A DNA stretch of 51,224 bases, filler included, from Bipalium vagum (taxonomy: Eukaryota): NCBI GenBank assembly GCA_037834085.1. It is 3 parts of 3 records of this genome, joined end to end, with 100 filler letters (N's around TTAATTAATTAA, not from the genome) between each part and the next. Parts side by side here need not be neighbours in the genome. Positions count along the whole stretch, not along the records: positions 35,544 to 51,224 come from JBBMKC010152240.1; 2 more parts are not named here. One strand, written 5' to 3'. Every line of letters begins with the position of its first letter. The stretch's first letter is position 1. The translations under genes were made by a program, and so were the position numbers. A model generated the notes under the pieces. It was given only the letters and a program-made list of their open reading frames with translations. It was not told the DNA's origin and ran no database searches. Of this stretch, positions 49,190 to 51,224 are shown one piece after another.

Positions 49190-50084
49190 TTTAGCGATTT
49201 TATTGATTATAGACGAAGAAAACCGCATTTGCGGAGATCATTATTATTTTGCTACAATTTTAAAAGATCTGCATTCGAAGCTCAGATTAATAATAAAAGC
49301 TTATGATAAATATGCCCTGTCCGAACCAACATGCCGAGAATGGTATCGGCGATTTAAGACTGGTGATTTTGGCATCTAAAACAAATAATGTTCAGGACAA
49401 CTAAAGAAAATAATGATTTACGAAGAATTATCAAAAAGGATCCATACCAAACACATGAAGAAATGACACAGACATTGAATTTTGACAGGTCAACTGCTGG
49501 TAAATGGATGCATTCATTGGGAATGATCCAAAAGTATGGAAAATGGATACGATATGATTTTACCGAAAGACAAAACTTTTTGCGAAATGTTACTTACAAG
49601 GCAGTCATTTTTGCATCGAATTATAACTGGTGATGAAAAATGGGTGTAGTTTAAGAACCCCTAGCACAGAAAATCATGGATAACATCGACAGTACAAAGA
49701 TGGAAAAACAGAAGTAAAGTGATAATATTTATCTGGTGGAGCAAAACCTCGAGTACTGTATAACGAGCTTCTGAAACGATCCGAAACTGTCGAACAGCAA
49801 TTACTAGACATAATACCATTTGACTTCTAATTGTTTCGATCCATGTAGCATGTTCATGATGGTCTGGCCTTCAATTCCTATGAAGATGTCAAAAATGGAT
49901 GGATTAATGGATTGCTTCAAAGTATCAAGATTTCTTTTACCGCGGAATCCATTCTTTGCCCGAAAGATAGTCAAAGGTTTTAGCTGCCAACAGAAAATAT
50001 GTTGACTGAAATAAATGTTTTGTTACTTTTAAATAAACGAAATCATTTTCATAAAAAACGACGGGAATTAATTTGAATACCTAA
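49190..50084 (+). mobile_element. Decayed mariner (Mos1/mauritiana-like)
   Basis: Remnants are AYDKYALSEPTCREWYRRFKTGDFG, DPYQTHEEM...LGMIQKYGKWI and FLHRIITGDEKWV. The 3' TIR is AAAAAACGACGGGAATTAATTTGAATACCTAA|TA. The 5' TIR was not found. Confidence 0.9.
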
Positions 50085-50900
50085 TATAATCTATTGAAGG
50101 ATTAATGATTGTCAATAAATCATAGGACAACCACATTTTAAATAAACCCAATTGTTAATGAAAAACAGTGAACCAGAAAGTTAATTTGTAATTAATAGTT
50201 TTTATCACATGAATATAAGTAGTATATTTTGAATTAGAACTGTTGTTTTTGAAGAAAACTGAGGATTGCTATTCTTCTTAAGACAACGTAAAATGAAGTA
50301 ATTTTTAACGTACTTAGTAAATTAACACAATATGACATACTGAAATGGTAAACATAAAATTAGATTCATTATAACGGTGGCTAATTAAGCAATATCTACT
50401 AATGATAAAAGAGCTAGGCCAGGATTTGATAATTATTAAATAGTTTTTATCCAGTTGAGTCTGCAAAAAATTAACGAGGTACTGTAAAAGTGAACAGAAC
50501 CTAATAGACAGAGAGTCAGCTCAATTGCAAGCTATGCCTCACTTTGTTTATTTTTGTCTATTTTAAATTGTGATCAATAATGTACTACGAATGAAAATAA
50601 CTTGTTAAATTAATTAAACTAGAAGTCTTAAACAAATATTTAGACGCGCCCAGATTGTGAAGTGTTCATTTTTATTTTTAATTATTTAGTATTAAATATA
50701 ATTCCAATTTTTAAGATAAAATTAATTACCACTATTACTTAATATAAAAATGATTATAATGATAATGATTATAATAATATTATTATTAATATTAATATTA
50801 ATAAAATATTATAATAATAAAAAATAATTTTTTTTTCTATTCTAATATATCATCAGGTTAAAAATAATACTGTAACATTTAATAGTTAAAAAGGAATATA

Positions 50901-51115
50901 TTGGGTTGTCTAAAAATTTTCCACAGATTTTTTGAATAGGTGGCAAAAAATGTCTACAGATATTTTTATTGATATTTTATTTGGTTAAATTAAATAAATA
51001 TAAATTTAATAATTACAGCATTCAAATTGCTTAAAGAAGTTTGGTATTTTATTAATAAAATAAAAATTTATTTATATTTAGAAATGAACATAAATAAAGA
51101 AGAAATTCGATATGT
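50901..51115 (+). mobile_element. 5' fragment of a mariner of the 29150-30381 family
   Basis: TA|TTGGGTTGTCTAAAAATTTTCC matches the 29150 TIR, and MNINKEEIRY matches [10 protein letters not shown]. Confidence 0.8.
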
Positions 51116-51224
51116 GGAGCATCCCACAATAAACATTTGATTGAGAATTTTAATATCCCATAATAAACATTTTGCTGTTTAATGATTGTGATTTTTATTT
51201 TTTGATTTTTATGATCAATAAATG

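Overview
This is very AT-rich eukaryotic (animal-like) nuclear DNA with GT-AG introns and the standard genetic code. It is not prokaryotic, and I found no CRISPR, rRNA or complete tRNA. Splicing by hand gives four host genes. (1) A minus-strand RAPGEF2/PDZ-GEF homologue with REM, PDZ and RA exons at about 18.7 kb to 1.97 kb; the GEF domain lies off the left edge. (2) A plus-strand annexin with all four repeats (21434-31147). (3) A 13-exon Sin3 co-repressor (36507-39882) that appears to start at PAH3. (4) The N-terminal PAS half of a PAS kinase (from 40293; the kinase domain is not in the window). Introns are either about 39-85 nt or kilobase-scale and filled with decayed DNA transposons: several mariner families, DD37D/maT-like, pogo-like, IS630/Tc1-like and hAT. 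There is also a Ty3/gypsy fragment and AAT-derived microsatellites. Two 100-bp N44-TTAATTAATTAA-N44 spacers are artificial contig joins, so adjacency across them is unproven. I found no clearly novel system. The best leads are the PAH1/2-less Sin3, an ATG-less first annexin exon (possible spliced-leader trans-splicing), a twice-repeated tRNA-like-headed element, and candidate alternative first exons in RAPGEF2. All family assignments come from remembered motifs, not database searches.
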